A stretch of 64,000 nucleotides of DNA from Podarcis erhardii. Its lineage: Eukaryota. The notes under the pieces were generated by a model. The model was not told the DNA's origin. It saw only the letters and a program-made list of their open reading frames with translations, and searched no databases. Shown here one piece after another: positions 23,737-37,059 of the stretch (its first letter is position 1; every line of letters starts with the position of its first letter). The stretch lies in the NCBI GenBank assembly GCA_964252035.1, contig OZ176205.1. One strand, given 5' to 3'. Both the position numbers and the translations under genes were made by a program.

Positions 23737-25518
23737 GTGAGTTGGAGGGCCTTGCAAGCTTGGGCCTTGGAGCGGGAAATGAATGGGCTTGGAGCTCACA
23801 GTGGGGCTTCAAGGAAGGCCATCTGTCCGCCAGGATCCCAGATTTTTTGCTCTCCTGAAAGGATCACTCTGGACCAGGAGAGATTGTGCTTTCCAGCAGG
23901 TGATCAATGAAAAGTTACTTAAAAGCACGCTTCTTGGGTCAATAGTACCTTTTGAACGAGTTTGTTTTTTTAAGCTCTTTTGCAGGAAATCACCTCCAAA
24001 AAGTACTGCTAGAAAATGCTATGGGCCTTTGCAGAGGTTTCCCACCCTGCTCCTAGAAACAGTAACTTATTTCACTTTACTTGGATATTTGAGAAATCTG
24101 AAAGCTAAAATCACTACAGATTTAGGGAGATTTGCTCACTGAATTTGCAACACTATTTCTTTGCAGTCAAAATTGGTTTCCTTGACTACTGGGCTAGTCT
24201 TAACCTTTGGTGTTATATTTAGGATCATTTGTTTAGTGCACATATTTGCTACAAAACAGGGCCACTGTTTTGACAAATTCAAACTCAGAATTATGTTGCA
24301 GGTTTTAAAAGCTGCCTTACTCAAGTGAAGTTTCCTCTTCGGATTATAAATGTCATATGTGCACTAGATCATGGGTTAGTAGGCACTAATCAAAACTGAA
24401 GTCTGGTTTTGTTGTAAAAAGCCAGATAATTTGGATTTCACAATCATCAGACTGTCTTGAGTTTGTCAGTAGATTCCTATAAGAGGCTCCAAATCTGTGC
24501 CATGCTGAAACTAGGAAACAGCTTAATTTTTTCCTGCTCACTCCTGAAGTGTCTTAAATACCACTTTACAAACACAATATAATAAATATCTACCTAGGAG
24601 CTTACTTCATTGGCTGCAATAGGACTTACTCTCAGGTTAATGTGTGTAGAATTGCAGCATTCAATAGCATCCATACTTTTAAAATCTGAAGTGGAAAGTT
24701 GAATATAAACAAATCTGGAAGCATAATGCAGAGTCATTTGTTGTAGAATGCATATATTTTATTCTGATTGGTTCATGAAATGGTGCCTTAGTAAAAGGTC
24801 TTCTCCTGGCTGAATATAAAATTTTAATTATTCATCTGCCCTGGCCAGATAACCTAAGGAGGTTATGTGTTCAAAATAGATTGCACTTGCATTATTAGAA
24901 ATAAATGTGTTCCATTGCTTTAAGCTTGCTGGAGACATAAAAGTAAATTACCAGTTTTCAAAATTTGGATGAAGAAACAAAATTTCTGAAATCCCCAGTG
25001 ATCATAACCACCAGCTCAGAAAACGAATCTCAATTGGATATGTATTTTCTTGTGGTGTTTTTTTTTTTTTTTTGAGGTGCCAGATATTAAAAGCCAACCT
25101 GAAATTACATTTGATATTCTTAATATTTGATTATAATTGGAATATTATATGGATGGGCTTATGGAGGTGCAACTGCTGGCTTCTGTATTTGAAAGGGGAT
25201 TATTCTGCATCTTTTTCTTTCTTCCTTTTTTGTTTGCCAGAAGTTCTGTGATTGCCTGGCAGCTAATGTAGGGTGAATTTAGGAAGCAGGCATGAAACAA
25301 GATTTTAAAAATAATTTTTGGGTTTATCTTGCCAACATGGTACATTTGGGGAATTATTGTGTGTGAGCATTACAGTATATCTGCACACAGAATATGGGAG
25401 TGGATATTTGTCATCTGAAGTTTGGTATAACAAAGGCATAGGGAAACTCGGCCTTCCAGATGTTTTGGGACTACAACTCCCATTATCCCTGACCACTATT
25501 CCTGTTAGCTAGTTAGCT

Positions 25519-25852
25519 ATAATAATAATTTATTTATACCCCACCCATCTGGCTGGGCTTCCCCAGCCACTCTGGGCAGCTTCCAACAAAATATTAAAAT
25601 ACAGTAATGCATCAAACATTAAAAGCTTCCCTAAACAGATGTCTTCTAAAAGTCTGGTAGTTGTTGTTCTCTTTGACATCTGGTGGGAGGGCGTTCCACA
25701 GGGTGGGTGCCACTACCGAGAAGGCCCTCTGCCTGGTTCCCTGTAACTTGGCTTCTCGCAGTGAGGGAATCACCAGAAGGCCCTCAGCTCTGGAGCTCAG
25801 TGTCCGGGCAGAACGATGGGGGTAGAGACGCTCCTTCAGATATACTGGACCG
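25519..25852 (-). mobile_element. L2-clade LINE 3' fragment
   Basis: (TAA)n tail at the left; reverse-complement homology to 31687-31890 (gacatctggtgggagggcgttccacagggtgggtgccac...gagaaggccct). Confidence 0.75.
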
Positions 25853-25886
25853 AAGTGACAATGACTACTGCTACTACTCTACTACT

Positions 25887-26065
25887 ACATTTGGACCCCA
25901 CCTTTTCTCCAAGGAGCTCAAGCTCATGTATATATTCTCTCCCCCCCCCCCCTTCGTTCTTTCTCTCACGACAATCCTGTGAGGTAGGTTAGGCTGAGAG
26001 TTTGTGATTGGCACAGGGCCACCTAGTGAGCTTCATGACCAAGTGGGGATTCAGATCCTAGTCAA
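25887..26065 (-). mobile_element. Squam3-like SINE, second copy
   Basis: Homologous to 8731-8928 (caatcctgtgaggtaggttaggctgagag); (CTA)n tail. Confidence 0.65.
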
Positions 26066-26229
26066 ACACTTGAATGAAGAGTGAACCTTTAGCATAAAAC
26101 AGCTTGAGGTCCCCAAAAATGTTTCCAACTGCTGATTTAAAAGTAACATGATGCAGACTTCAAGGATAAAGTGGTAATACTACATAGGACTATTAATTGT
26201 TTATGCTGCAGATCAAACTTGTGATGATT

Positions 26230-26600
26230 AGGCTGCATCTGGAGTTCTGTGTCCAGTTGTGGGTGCCGCACATCAAGAGGTCCAAGCTGGAGGGTGCTCA
26301 GAGGAGAGCAATCCAGATATCAAAGTGGGTCTAGATACCGAATCCTATGAGGAATGGTTGAAAGAGCTGGTTGTGTTTAGCTGCCCTAGAAGAGAGACTG
26401 TTAATGGGAGACGTGAGGCTGTTGTGCAAGACGGAGTGAAATTGCAATTGTTCAGCATTAGAAGAAACCTCTCGAGCTGTTCAGCGCTGTAGCATGGTTC
26501 CTTGGGAGCTGATGGACTCTCCTTCATTGAAGGCATGGATCCTGCATTGGGAGGTTGGAGCAGATGATTTCGGGGACCCTTGAAGCTCTGTGCTTCTTTG
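26230..26600 (+). mobile_element. Degenerate CR1 LINE ORF2 C-terminal and 3' fragment
   Basis: Translates RLHLEFCVQLWVPHIKRSKLEGAQRRA, then after a frameshift YEEWLKELVVFS, matching the CR1 RPHLEYCVQFW...YEERLKELG pattern. Confidence 0.8.
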
Positions 26601-29505
26601 ACTTCAGTTGTTATGAACATGTTCCATAGCCCTCCGTACTGCTGCTCCTAGCACTGGTGGTGAAGTCAGAGAGAGAGACTAATGCTTGTTTGTGAATTAG
26701 GTAGTTAATCTTTTTCACTGATGTGACTTTGTTTCCAATTCGGGGAAAACAATGTGGCAAATACTCTTGCCCTCTTCCCATTATTGAAGAAACAAACACA
26801 GGAGTGTTGCATTGTAGCTTACTGGTAAATTCTTCTAGCGTGGGGAATATGTTTATACAGTTACAGCAAATGCCAACGAAAATCGACAATGGTAAACTCT
26901 GCAAGCAGGGTTCAATCACAGTTGGTAGGATTGTTTATGCTGTTTCAAGGCTTAGGCAATGTTGTTTATGTATCTTTTGTGTACATCGTGCTCATTTCAG
27001 AAGGTCATGGTAAGTCAGTTACGTGACTGTTATGTGATCAAAGGTAGTTCGAAACTGTATTCAAAACTCCAAACTTTCAGTTACAACACTGCACCTTAAA
27101 GAACAGAGAACTTTAAAAATTCATTTTTTAAATCAATACAGTGATGAATTACCATCAAGGACTATTAGTTTTCCTTCAGCATCTGACTTCACTGATTTGA
27201 TCATCCCTCTAACTTTATCAAACGTTAAATTCTTGCTTCATAGGGTTTTTTTTTAGTAAGGCTGTTGGCTTTTTGAAATGGCGTAGTGGACAACTAAAAT
27301 ATCTATTTAGTGTTCTGTATCTTGGGTTATTACCAAATTGCTAAGTGACAATCAATTGAGCTACAAATATTCTGAAAAACTTTATTCTTGCTATTAAAAC
27401 TTAGTACAGTGGTTTACCAAGTGGATGGTATCTAAGAGGACGGGACTAAGAGGCGTGGGTTGAGGGTGGGTGCTGGCGGTATGCCACTCCAAAGCCTTTG
27501 ATTGCTTCTTTACAAAGGCCTGGCTAGAGCACTAGAGCAAAAAACCACCACCTTGGTATTTCATGTTTTATTGCTCTTATCACTTTCAAAGCCAATTCCT
27601 TTGGTCACATTTGTTTTTATTTATGATTCTGAATTGTTACAAGGTACCCAATCATTGGTAATAGGTAACTGATTCCCTTACAAATAATTTGCTGTATATC
27701 TGTGGTAGGTGAAAGTTTGTGTTTGTTTGGTAAGTAGCTACATATAAATATTTTAGGCTATAGATTTCCTTCACCCTTTTGTTTTTATTAATGATGCAAT
27801 TAAAAAAAGTTCATGCAATATTGTTTGCTATATATTCTTTAAGTTACAAGATTAGAGTTTATGAATTCATTTTTTATATTTTCAGAATAAATATAAAATT
27901 ACTACTTTTTTGAGTTTTACTGTGTTATCATCTTTGGTGGGTTGTGCAAACCATTGTTTTGAATAATGCTTTTTATAAGATAGGATATAGAGGGCACTGG
28001 GGGTGAGTTGAAGAAGCCAATGGGGCAGTGGTCCCCCAAAAGTATGGGAGCCACTGATCTAGCAGAGGATTAAAACATGTCTGTTCACACAATTCACTCT
28101 GGTTGTGTCTATTACCTTGTCAGCACAAGTAATAAATGCAGCTAGGATATAATTTGCTATGTGATCAACTACAACAATTGCACATCGGCTGTTTGGTTTG
28201 AGAGCATGGATCATTCATCAGCTCCATCACTTAATGTAGCCAAGCAAGCTAACCTCCACTACGGTTGTGAATGATCCATGGTAAGTTTCATATAAACAAG
28301 CAGCTGAATAAGTGTTTCACTTTCTCATGCTTTAAATGGTAAGCTCTGCAGGGCAACTTCACCCCTTAAGTGCAGTTCAAGGTGATATGGTGTCAGCTAA
28401 AACTGCCTTTCTGGATTAAACAGCTCCATAGTCATCCGTGCTATGTTGCCCTCTTCCCATAATGTTCTGTTAAAGCTTACACAAACACTTATTCTAAAGG
28501 CTAGAATAACTTGAATAACTTGAATATAAACTTGTGTCCAAAGTCTTGACTAGCTTTTGACTTGGGGCATGTTTGTGCTAGCTCATTTTCATGTAATATG
28601 TCGTTGAAAATTGCTCAAGTAAAGGCTACACCTTTATATTTTTATTCTGTCACCCTTGTTATAGCCTGACCAGCAGGGGTGGTGTTGGAGGAGGCCTATG
28701 GGAGCTTCACCCTCCAGAATACTTGCCCCTTCTCTACCTTTTAGAAGCTTGTTTTATTACTTTGCAGTATATCTGTTTGCCATGTAAGCAAAGGTAAATT
28801 ACCAGTGAGACTCCAGCCACTTGCAGTCTTAATTCTCCCAGAGGCAAATTAAACCCTGAGAGCAGGAGCGAGAGTTTGTGTGTTTCCTTCTGAAAGGTGC
28901 CTTAAAATCACATCTTTACATTTAAATCAAAATTTGTATGTTTGGCCTCTGCCTCAAGTCTTTTATGCCCATGCTGACTTATGAATACTTATTGCTCATT
29001 TGCATGAAAATAAATAACCCATTGCTGCTAACTTATTTATTCAGGTGAATTGTGTGAGCAGGACTGGAAAATCAACAGAACCACCCCCTTGAATAAAATT
29101 GGGGAATACCAGGAACAAAACAATTCTCCCTTAAGATGCTTTTGTGCTGTTCTGTCCGGTCACTGTAGATGCACAGTCCCTCTGGGGAGAGAAGCTGTTT
29201 CTGGATTTCCACAAGTGGCTTTTCTTCCTTGCATTAAACAGAGCTCTGACATGACTCATTTGTGTCAGTAGGGCTTGTAGTGGAGAACTTCTCGATGAAT
29301 TGTGCCCCTCTTGGGTGTAAAATTATTATTATTATTACTACTACTAGTAGTATTATAAATTCCATTTGTGATTGCTTTTTAGATCTGTGGATTCTCACAC
29401 TTGAGAGTCCTAAGTATTACTGTGAACATTATTTCTTCAAGCCCTGTTTATATAGTTTGCTTAAATCACTGCTACCGAATGTAAAATTTCTTTCTCCTTT
29501 CATAG

Positions 29506-29627
29506 GTAAATGACTTGTGCTGGCATGTGCGGTGTCTCTCTTGCAGTGTATGTAGGACTTCTTTGGGAAGACACACCAGCTGCTATATCAAAGACAAAGA
29601 CGTTTTCTGCAAACTAGACTATTTCAG
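29506..29627 (+). CDS. LHX8: LHX8 coding exon 4 ([41 protein letters not shown]), LIM1
   Basis: tag acceptor at 29505, donor CAG|GTATAC; 122 nt, phase 0/2; near-identical to vertebrate LHX8 LIM1. Confidence 0.98.
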
Positions 29628-30502
29628 GTATACTATGCTTTATTTACGTATGTGTTTATTGCATGTATGCATCAACTTTCTGTCAAAGCATTCTAGGTGG
29701 TTTATAATATGAAACTATGAAATGTAAAACTGTCCCTATTGGAGGGAGTCAGTCAACTGGAGCAGACCTGATGTTGTTTGCCTCCCTCCATCGTTCTTCT
29801 TGCCTCTTATAGGGCAGGTGGTATCTTGTAATTACAAAATACTAAGATTATGACAGTAGACCCATGAATTTTTGTGTTTTATGTGCATGGACACATCCTA
29901 GTACAAAGAGGGCTTATTTGCACAGCAGTGCTCATAACTGAAACACACTATTGGCTGAGCTGGCAAGAACTGTTGGAAGTTGAGCCCAACGATACCCAAA
30001 AAGGACACAGGTTCCCCATCCCTGCTTTAGTGTCATTTGGTAGCCATTATTAGGCTACTTTCTGGGTAGCTGCTCTTGAACCATTCCCTCTCCATCTTGT
30101 CATCCTCTTAATTTTTTTTTATTGAAAATGTTTATTTTTAGTTATTTAAAAAATCAGAAAAAATATGGCCCTTCACAAAACAAGCAAAACCTGCATCATT
30201 CATGCCAGAAATTGGGAAACCAAATGAATCTTTTTAGGAACAGTTCCCCTACTTAATTTAAGGATTGCATAACTCAAAGTAGGTATACAACAAGCAGACC
30301 ACAGGCTGGACCATACTCAAAGCTGAGTATTTTCCAGTCCATCTAACAGCAGAATCTTATGCATATCCTATGTATTTTAAATGGAACTCACTTTTAAATG
30401 GAACTCAATTAAAGGATTGTAGCCTATTTCTCCCATTGAGCTAACAAAGTGCTTAATGTCACTTGCATATATTCTGACTGAAAGAATTGCTGCAGAATAT
30501 CT

Positions 30503-30504
<2 letters not shown>

Positions 30505-30532
<28 letters not shown>
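30505..30532. repeat. (TA)14 microsatellite
   Basis: Direct reading. Confidence 0.97.
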
Positions 30533-30537
<5 letters not shown>

Positions 30538-31229
30538 GCACCAACGAACAGTGTCATGGGGTGGTCTGGGATAGAGCATGGCTGGAAGAGTGTAGTTATC
30601 TGGAATTACTTGCAATCTGATGAAATCAATCTCAATATTATAACTTCAAAAAATGTTTTCGATTAAGCCCTACTGCCATCTTCCTGTTTCCATCTACTCT
30701 CGCAAACTGCAATTGTTTCCTCCAGAAGGAAAGTATTTCTGTTGCATGCCAACACTTTGGGGAGTAAACTACTCCCGTTTCTTCTTTGCAGACCAAGATA
30801 AAACATGGAAATACTTTGCTGCTAGAGTAAGCTACTGCCATTGAAGGTGTAAGGAGAAACTCACCCTTTGTTATCTAAAGTGCTTGGGGTTTCTGACTGT
30901 AATAAAAGTACCTGGCCTTTCATCCTGAATAACACCTAATATGTCTGTTGAAAAGTCAAGAGAAAGAACTTGGAAACAGTTTTTAAAACTGACTATCAGA
31001 TCCATGAAGTCTACAGATGTGAAACTGAGGTGCTCTTCAGAAATACACCAAGTGCTCACTTGCATTGATTTTTTGACATTGTTTTGTACACTGGTGAGAG
31101 TAATAGAATTAATTCTCAACATCTTCCCATTCTCAGCTCATTTGTCCTTCTGTTTCATTGCCAACGATGGAGGGGAATAGTGTCTAAACAGCAGGAAAAT
31201 ATTGTAGTAAAATGGCTCTAGTCAGACTC

Positions 31230-31951
31230 TTGCCATTATAATGCTTTAGCAACAATTCATTTGGATTACTGCAATGCACTCTACTTGGGGATTCATTTGG
31301 TGCAGAATTCTGCTGTCTGCTTTCACAACATTCACCTAACTGTTACCGTATTTTTCACCCTATAGGGCGCACCTAGTTTTTTTTTTGGGGGGGGGACAAA
31401 AAAAATTATTTCCCCCCAGGTGCGGGGCTGGGACGGATAGAACAGGCTGCTATCCGCAAGCCTAGTGAGCCCGGCGGGAACTCCCGCGGGCTCCCAAGGC
31501 TTGCGGATAGCTTCCTGAAGCCTGGAGAGTGAGAGGGGTCGGTGCACACCGACCCCTCTTGCTCTCTAGGCTTCAGCAAAAGCCTGCATTCGCCCCATAG
31601 GACACACACACATTTCCCCTTCATTTTTGGAGGGGAAAAAGTGTGTCCTGTAGGGCGAAAAATACAGTAATTTCCAAATTTCATTTGAGGGCCTTCTCAG
31701 TGGTGGTGCCCACCCTGTGGAACGCCTTCCCATCAGATGTCAAGGAAATAAACAACTATCTGACTTTTATCTGAAAGCAGCTCTGTTTAGGGAAGCTTTT
31801 AATGTTTGATATTTTATTCTGTTATTAATCTCTTGGGAGCCGCCCAGAGTGGCTGGGGAAATGCAGCAGGATGGGCAGGGTATAAATAATTTATTATTAC
31901 AGTATTATTATTATTATTTTTATTATTATTTTTATTATTATTACTATTTAT
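31230..31951 (+). mobile_element. L2-clade LINE remnant in two pieces (about 31230-31320 and 31687-31890) with (TAT)n tail, separated by a MITE
   Basis: ttggattactgcaatgcactctacttgggg = LDYCNALYLG, an L2 ORF2 motif; 3' end homologous to 25519-25852; tail to about 31951. Confidence 0.7.
31346..31667. mobile_element. Tc1/mariner-type foldback MITE, 322 bp (LHX8 intron 4)
   Basis: TIRs CCGTATTTTTCACCCTATAGG and CCTGTAGGGCGAAAAATACAG, TA TSD at 31344-31345 and 31668-31669; two internal hairpins. Confidence 0.88.
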
Positions 31952-32241
31952 TTAGCTTTCACACAACTGGAACTATAGTGGAGTATTGTGTCCTCATTTC
32001 CATGTTTTTTTTTATAAACAGATCGTCCCCCTGCCCCCAAAAGCCAATAACGCAGAAATGAGCACAAAGCTTGCACTATTTTCCACCATAGTTCCATAAG
32101 TGGCTTATGTGTGAAAATGCAAATATAATATGGAACTTAATAGTCATTAAAATGGAATGAACCCCCATGTGAATGCAGCCTGTATTGCAAACGTCCCGTC
32201 CCCCCACTTTTTACCTCTTTAATGCCCTAAATGGCCTAGGC

Positions 32242-32492
32242 CAGGGGTCGGTTTACCTTGCCTGGGCTGGATCAGTCCTGCAGAGAACCCTCCATGGGCT
32301 GGGTTCTCGCCTGCGATTTCTGGCATCTGCGTGTGCGCAGACATGATTTCCAGTGCTGCAGAAGTGAGTCCCCACACCGCGCTGCGCTGGTTTAGCGCAG
32401 TGCTCCAGGACTCGCCAAGTGGGCAGCTCAGTTCTGGGGTGGCTCGTGGGCCAGTTAAACAGCCAGTGTGGGCCGCACATTGCCGACCTCTG
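32242..32492. mobile_element. hAT MITE, 251 bp
   Basis: TIRs CAGGGGTCGG and CCGACCTCTG; perfect 8-bp palindromic TSD GCCTAGGC (32234-32241 and 32493-32500). Confidence 0.85.
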
Positions 32493-33382
32493 GCCTAGGC
32501 TCTTTGTACCTGAAAGAGCAGCTGTTCTCTGCATATTTCCCTCCATTGCCTGAGCTAAAGAGGGGAAACGCTACTATGGCTTCCCTCTGTTTTTTTCATA
32601 GTTGAGTTTGATGGAGCAAAGTAGGTCTTGATGGTTCCACTGACTCTTAGAACTTAGCCCAGAGGCTAAGAATATCACAAGAATATCACATTCTTTTGGT
32701 TACTTGTCTAAGCCGACTGCTGAAAAAACTTTCCATGGTGTTGCCCAGCTATATGGACTGTTCCTGCTGAGTTACGATGCACTTATTTTGTAGTTTCATT
32801 GCTGCTTTTGTGCTGGGCTTTTTATTGCACAAAGTTGCCCTCCTATTTTTCTTAATGGTAATAAATTATCTCCTGGACACAGAGTGGTAATATATGTATG
32901 GAGTAAGGAGGAATATCCTATACCTTTTTTTAAAAAAGCTATAGAATAAAAAGGTGTAGGGTACTGCCTGACTCAACACCTTTCTGTCTTGGATAGCAAG
33001 TATTAAACACATTTTTTAAAAAAAGATATCCCTGCTGCATCAAGATATAATCTCGCATAACACCATGTGTATGACATAACAGGGCTCCTGGGCTGACTTG
33101 CCTCAAAGCGGTATGACTTGTCCTTATGAGATCTCTTAGGATTCCCACAAGAATACATAAGGGAACGTCATCTCAAAAGTTCAAACATTAATTGCAAAGT
33201 CAGGCAATCCTCCTTTTTTTTCTGAAGCAGTTGAGTAGAACTTAAGCAAATCCCAGCTTTCAATGAGACTAGTAGCATTTATGATGAACTTCATAATACC
33301 CGTAATGTAGCTTCATAATCTAACTTGAGTGGCAGTTGTATGATGAATGGCTGCTATTTTCTCTTCCCTTCTTTTGTTACAG

Positions 33383-33603
33383 ACGGTATGGAACTCGTTG
33401 TTCTCGCTGCGGCAGGCATATCCATTCCACTGACTGGGTCCGAAGAGCTAAGGGAAATGTGTATCACCTGGCATGCTTTGCCTGCTTCTCCTGCAAAAGG
33501 CAGCTTTCCACAGGGGAGGAGTTTGCTTTGGTGGAAGAGAAAGTCCTCTGTAGGGTACATTATGACTGCATGTTGGATAATCTGAAACGAGAAGTTGAAA
33601 ATG
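33383..33603 (+). CDS. LHX8: LHX8 coding exon 5 ([18 protein letters not shown]...DNLKREVEN), LIM2
   Basis: ttacag acceptor at 33382, donor ATG|GTAACT; 221 nt, phase 2/1; complete second LIM domain. Confidence 0.98.
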
Positions 33604-34028
33604 GTAACTCCTTCTTGATGTTAGGTCCCTAGGCTGTATTCCTTTTTTTGTTTGTTTGTTTCATGTGGAGGGAAAAACACACACACACACCCCAGTAGGT
33701 TCTGGAAACCAGATTAACTTGATCATTTTCTCTGTAACTAATGTATAAATGTAGCATGCATGCAATTGCATGAGGAGTTGGTCACCTGTAGTTTTCAGCC
33801 TTGTTCTAAGGAGCATTTTACCTCTCCTCTGCTTTCCTCCAGTGTTTTTAATCTGTGGAATTGGCAAAGTAAAATTCTCCATGCCACACAGGCCACTTCA
33901 GATTGCCATAATTGCTTGTAGGTGGATGCTAGTGGTGCTATGTTTGCACTTCATTAAAAAAAGGGGGCGCACCACTGTTGCTCCTGAAGTTTGCAGATTT
34001 TTCAAAGCATGGTATCCCAAGTCCATTA

Positions 34029-34270
34029 CAGTGGTACCTCGGGTTACATACGCTTCAGGTTAAATATGCTTCAGGTTACAGACTCCACTAACCCAAAAAT
34101 ATTACCTCGGGTTAAGAACTTTGCTTCAGGATGAGAACAGAAATTGTTCAGTGGCAGCGCGGCAGCAGCAGGAGGCCCCATTAGCTAAAGTGGTGCTTCA
34201 GGTTAAGAACAGTTTCAGGTTAAGAACGGACCTCCGGAACGAATTAAGTACGTAACCAGAGGTACCACTG
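34029..34270. mobile_element. Tc1/mariner MITE, 242 bp, copy 2 (LHX8 intron 5)
   Basis: TIRs CAGTGGTACCTCGGGTTAC and GTAACCAGAGGTACCACTG, TA TSD at 34027-34028 and 34271-34272. Confidence 0.92.
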
Positions 34271-35166
34271 TACATGTTTGTCCTTCCCAAGCAATGTAGT
34301 TCCATTTGATCCACAGTTGCGAAGAAGTGGTGTAGTAAACATTTCTCAGTGGGCGGATAGAGTTACACTGTAATTCAAACCCCCTTTGTGACCAGTTTTG
34401 GGGGTGGGAGTTGGATTGTCTATATTTTCCCCATACTCTCCTCAGAACCATCCCTCCCACTCAATGTGCTAGTTGGAGGAAGGGGCCAGCAGCAAGATCT
34501 CTGTTGGTGGCAGACTGTGGAGAGCTCCATAATGGAGTGTTATGGGGTTGGGGAAGGGCTGGGTTCACCCTGGATCTGCTGGACCCTGAGCCAACTCCAC
34601 TACCATCACATGATGGCTCAATTGATGCACCAGCTCTGCCATAGCAACTTTCATGCTCCCTCTTCCCATTCCACACCAGCCAGTGTGAATGGCAAGGCTT
34701 TGCTGGTGACTCTGCTTCTCCTTTTAAGCTCTACTGCTCCCAACTTGGGATTTGGATTGTAGTCCTTGACAATAACTATAAGGAGCTTGATTTTTTTTTA
34801 TGTCCATAGCATTTAGCATTCTTTCTCTCTACTCGATTCAGAATAAAACTGGTTTATAATCAAGGCTATGTCATATTCCTGTTTGGTGGTTCATGGATTC
34901 TCTTCCTACACCTCCCCCCCCCCCAAATAAAAGTGAAGGCCTGCGCTTGCAGCCAGGACCCTGATCTGAAACATGCTTAAAAAATGGAATACCAAATTTG
35001 GTACAAACTCAAGATAATTATGTAGAGTTGCAAAATAATGAAAAATGGATAATTCCATATTCAAGTATATCCTTGATACAGGAAGTCTATTCTAGTGTAA
35101 TGTCTGTAACTAATGACTGGTGTTGGTACTGTCAAAACTTCGACTTTGTCTTCTTTTTAATTTCAG

Positions 35167-35270
35167 GTAATGGTATCAGTATGGAAGGTGCCTTGCTAAC
35201 AGAACAAGACATTAATCACCCAAAACCAGCAAAAAGGGCGCGGACCAGTTTCACAGCAGATCAGCTTCAG
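35167..35270 (+). CDS. LHX8: LHX8 coding exon 6 ([35 protein letters not shown]), homeodomain N-terminal arm
   Basis: tttcag acceptor at 35166, donor CAG|GTAGAG; 104 nt, phase 1/0; [13 protein letters not shown] motif. Confidence 0.98.
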
Positions 35271-36830
35271 GTAGAGCCCTGGCAGGGTACAATGCCTCTA
35301 ATGAAAGACAGCTGTGGGTTGTTGGTGTGGGGTGGGAGGGGGGAGGATAATGACTTTATGCTCTGCATCACTTAATAATTATATTAAATATAGCTGGTTA
35401 TGAAGAAATTCTCTCCACTGCAGATATTTCTCCTGGTGTCAAGGGCACAGCATGTTTCTGGAATATTCTTGCAAGTGTTAGATGTTGTTCCATGTGAAAT
35501 AGTTACTCTTCAGTGTTTCTGTTTCCCAGAAGGCAGCTAGTAATTCTGTAAAGTGGAAATGTAAATGCTGATCTGTTTTGACTACTTGATGAAATTCATT
35601 AAACCAGACATTTCCATCACTACACATAATTATAATAGGAGACTAAATAGTTTCAGTTCTGTGTAACATGAAGAGAAGTCCTAGAAAATGTGTAGAATAT
35701 AACTTTACAGGAAACAGATATTTTCAGTGTCTTGCATTTCACCATAGCTGCCAAACCCAAGTGGCAATCAAAACCATGGCTCTTCAGCACAGGCATCACT
35801 GTCATGTTCAGATAAGCAGAGGCTGAAGCTTAGCAATGGTGGGGTCAGTATGAACTTTGCAAAACTGATGTCTTTGTGCTCGGGGGGGGGGGGGATTGCA
35901 CTGCAACAATGTCAATAGAAAAGGAACCTGTTCACATTCTCCTATGCTACCCCTGAGTTCCGTTAACTACTTTTGTTCTGTGGTAGATAAACTTGCAGTT
36001 CCTTATCACAACCACTCTAGCACCTGCCTATTTCCACTTTCTGCTTTATAATTCATTCTTGTTCAGTAGCTTAGTACCTTTGCTGCCATATAAGCATAAA
36101 TAAATCCTATGCACATTGAATCTTAAGTTGCCCCTTTTAAGGCAAAATGCCAACTTCCACATTGCTTTACAATCTCTTAAAATTAAAAGCAGTCTAATAA
36201 AACAGGATTAGGTACATTTCTATTGATAAAAAACAATTAGAAAGCAAAAATTGAACAGAAAAAGGGGGAAATTAATCTAAAGTTTGCTGACATAAAAGTT
36301 TTCAGTTCCTATTCAAAATATTTATTTCTGGTGTACTGGTATTTCTGGTATTACTTACATATGTGGGAAATAACCTAGTTTTGGATCCTAACATCCACAT
36401 TATTATGTGTATATAAAAGTGGCTGTTTAAGTTTTTAGGTGAGAAGCAATGGCCTGTCTGTTCAGAATGTTAAAATTGCCTTCCATATAGTCCTAGACAT
36501 GTCCACTTAGATGTAAGCCCACTGAGTTCTGTGAGGCTTACTGACATGTAAACAGGCATAAGACTGCAGCCTTAATGTTGCAACAGGTAGTGCAATGGAT
36601 ACACAGGAAGCTCCATATGTACAGCAGAGCTTTTAGCCCTCAAAACAGCTTTTCCTCACCTCTACCAGCATCTGTTAAATAATACCACAGGAGCTTCAGA
36701 CGCAGTATTTGAAGTTTTGCTCAGGCGATACGACATAGGTTCGCTTCAGCAGATTCAGGAAAGCACTTGCGTGTGCATAAACAGGTGTTTTGATCTGAGC
36801 CATAGGACTATTTATGCACTGAGTCTAGTT

Positions 36831-37059
36831 CAGGGGTCAGCAAACTTTTTCAGCAGGGGGCCGGTCCACTGTTCCTCAGACCTTGTGGGGGGCTGGACTA
36901 TATTGGGGGGGGGGAGAGAGAATGAATTCCTATGCCCCACAAATAACCCAGAGATGCATTTTAAATAAAAGGACACATTCTACTCATGTAAAAACATGCT
37001 GATTCCAGGACCGTCCACGGGCCGGATCTGGCCCCCTGGCCTTAGTTTGCCTACCCATG
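36831..37059. mobile_element. hAT (Charlie-like) MITE, 229 bp
   Basis: Imperfect TIRs CAGGGGTCAGCAAACT and AGTTTGCCTACCCATG; degenerate 8-bp TSD GTCTAGTT and GTTTAGGT. Confidence 0.75.

Larger units (their letters stand above)
13100..23900. promoter_or_regulatory. Extended CpG-rich domain covering the LHX8 upstream region, promoter, exons 1-3 and introns 1-2
   Basis: Sustained CpG retention (many CGCG runs) over about 10 kb, typical of Polycomb-regulated developmental TF loci. Confidence 0.8.

Noticed and set aside
23431-23910. 159-aa ORF as a standalone gene
   Set aside because: It is LHX8 exon 3 read through flanking GC-rich intron; homology is confined to 23569-23736.
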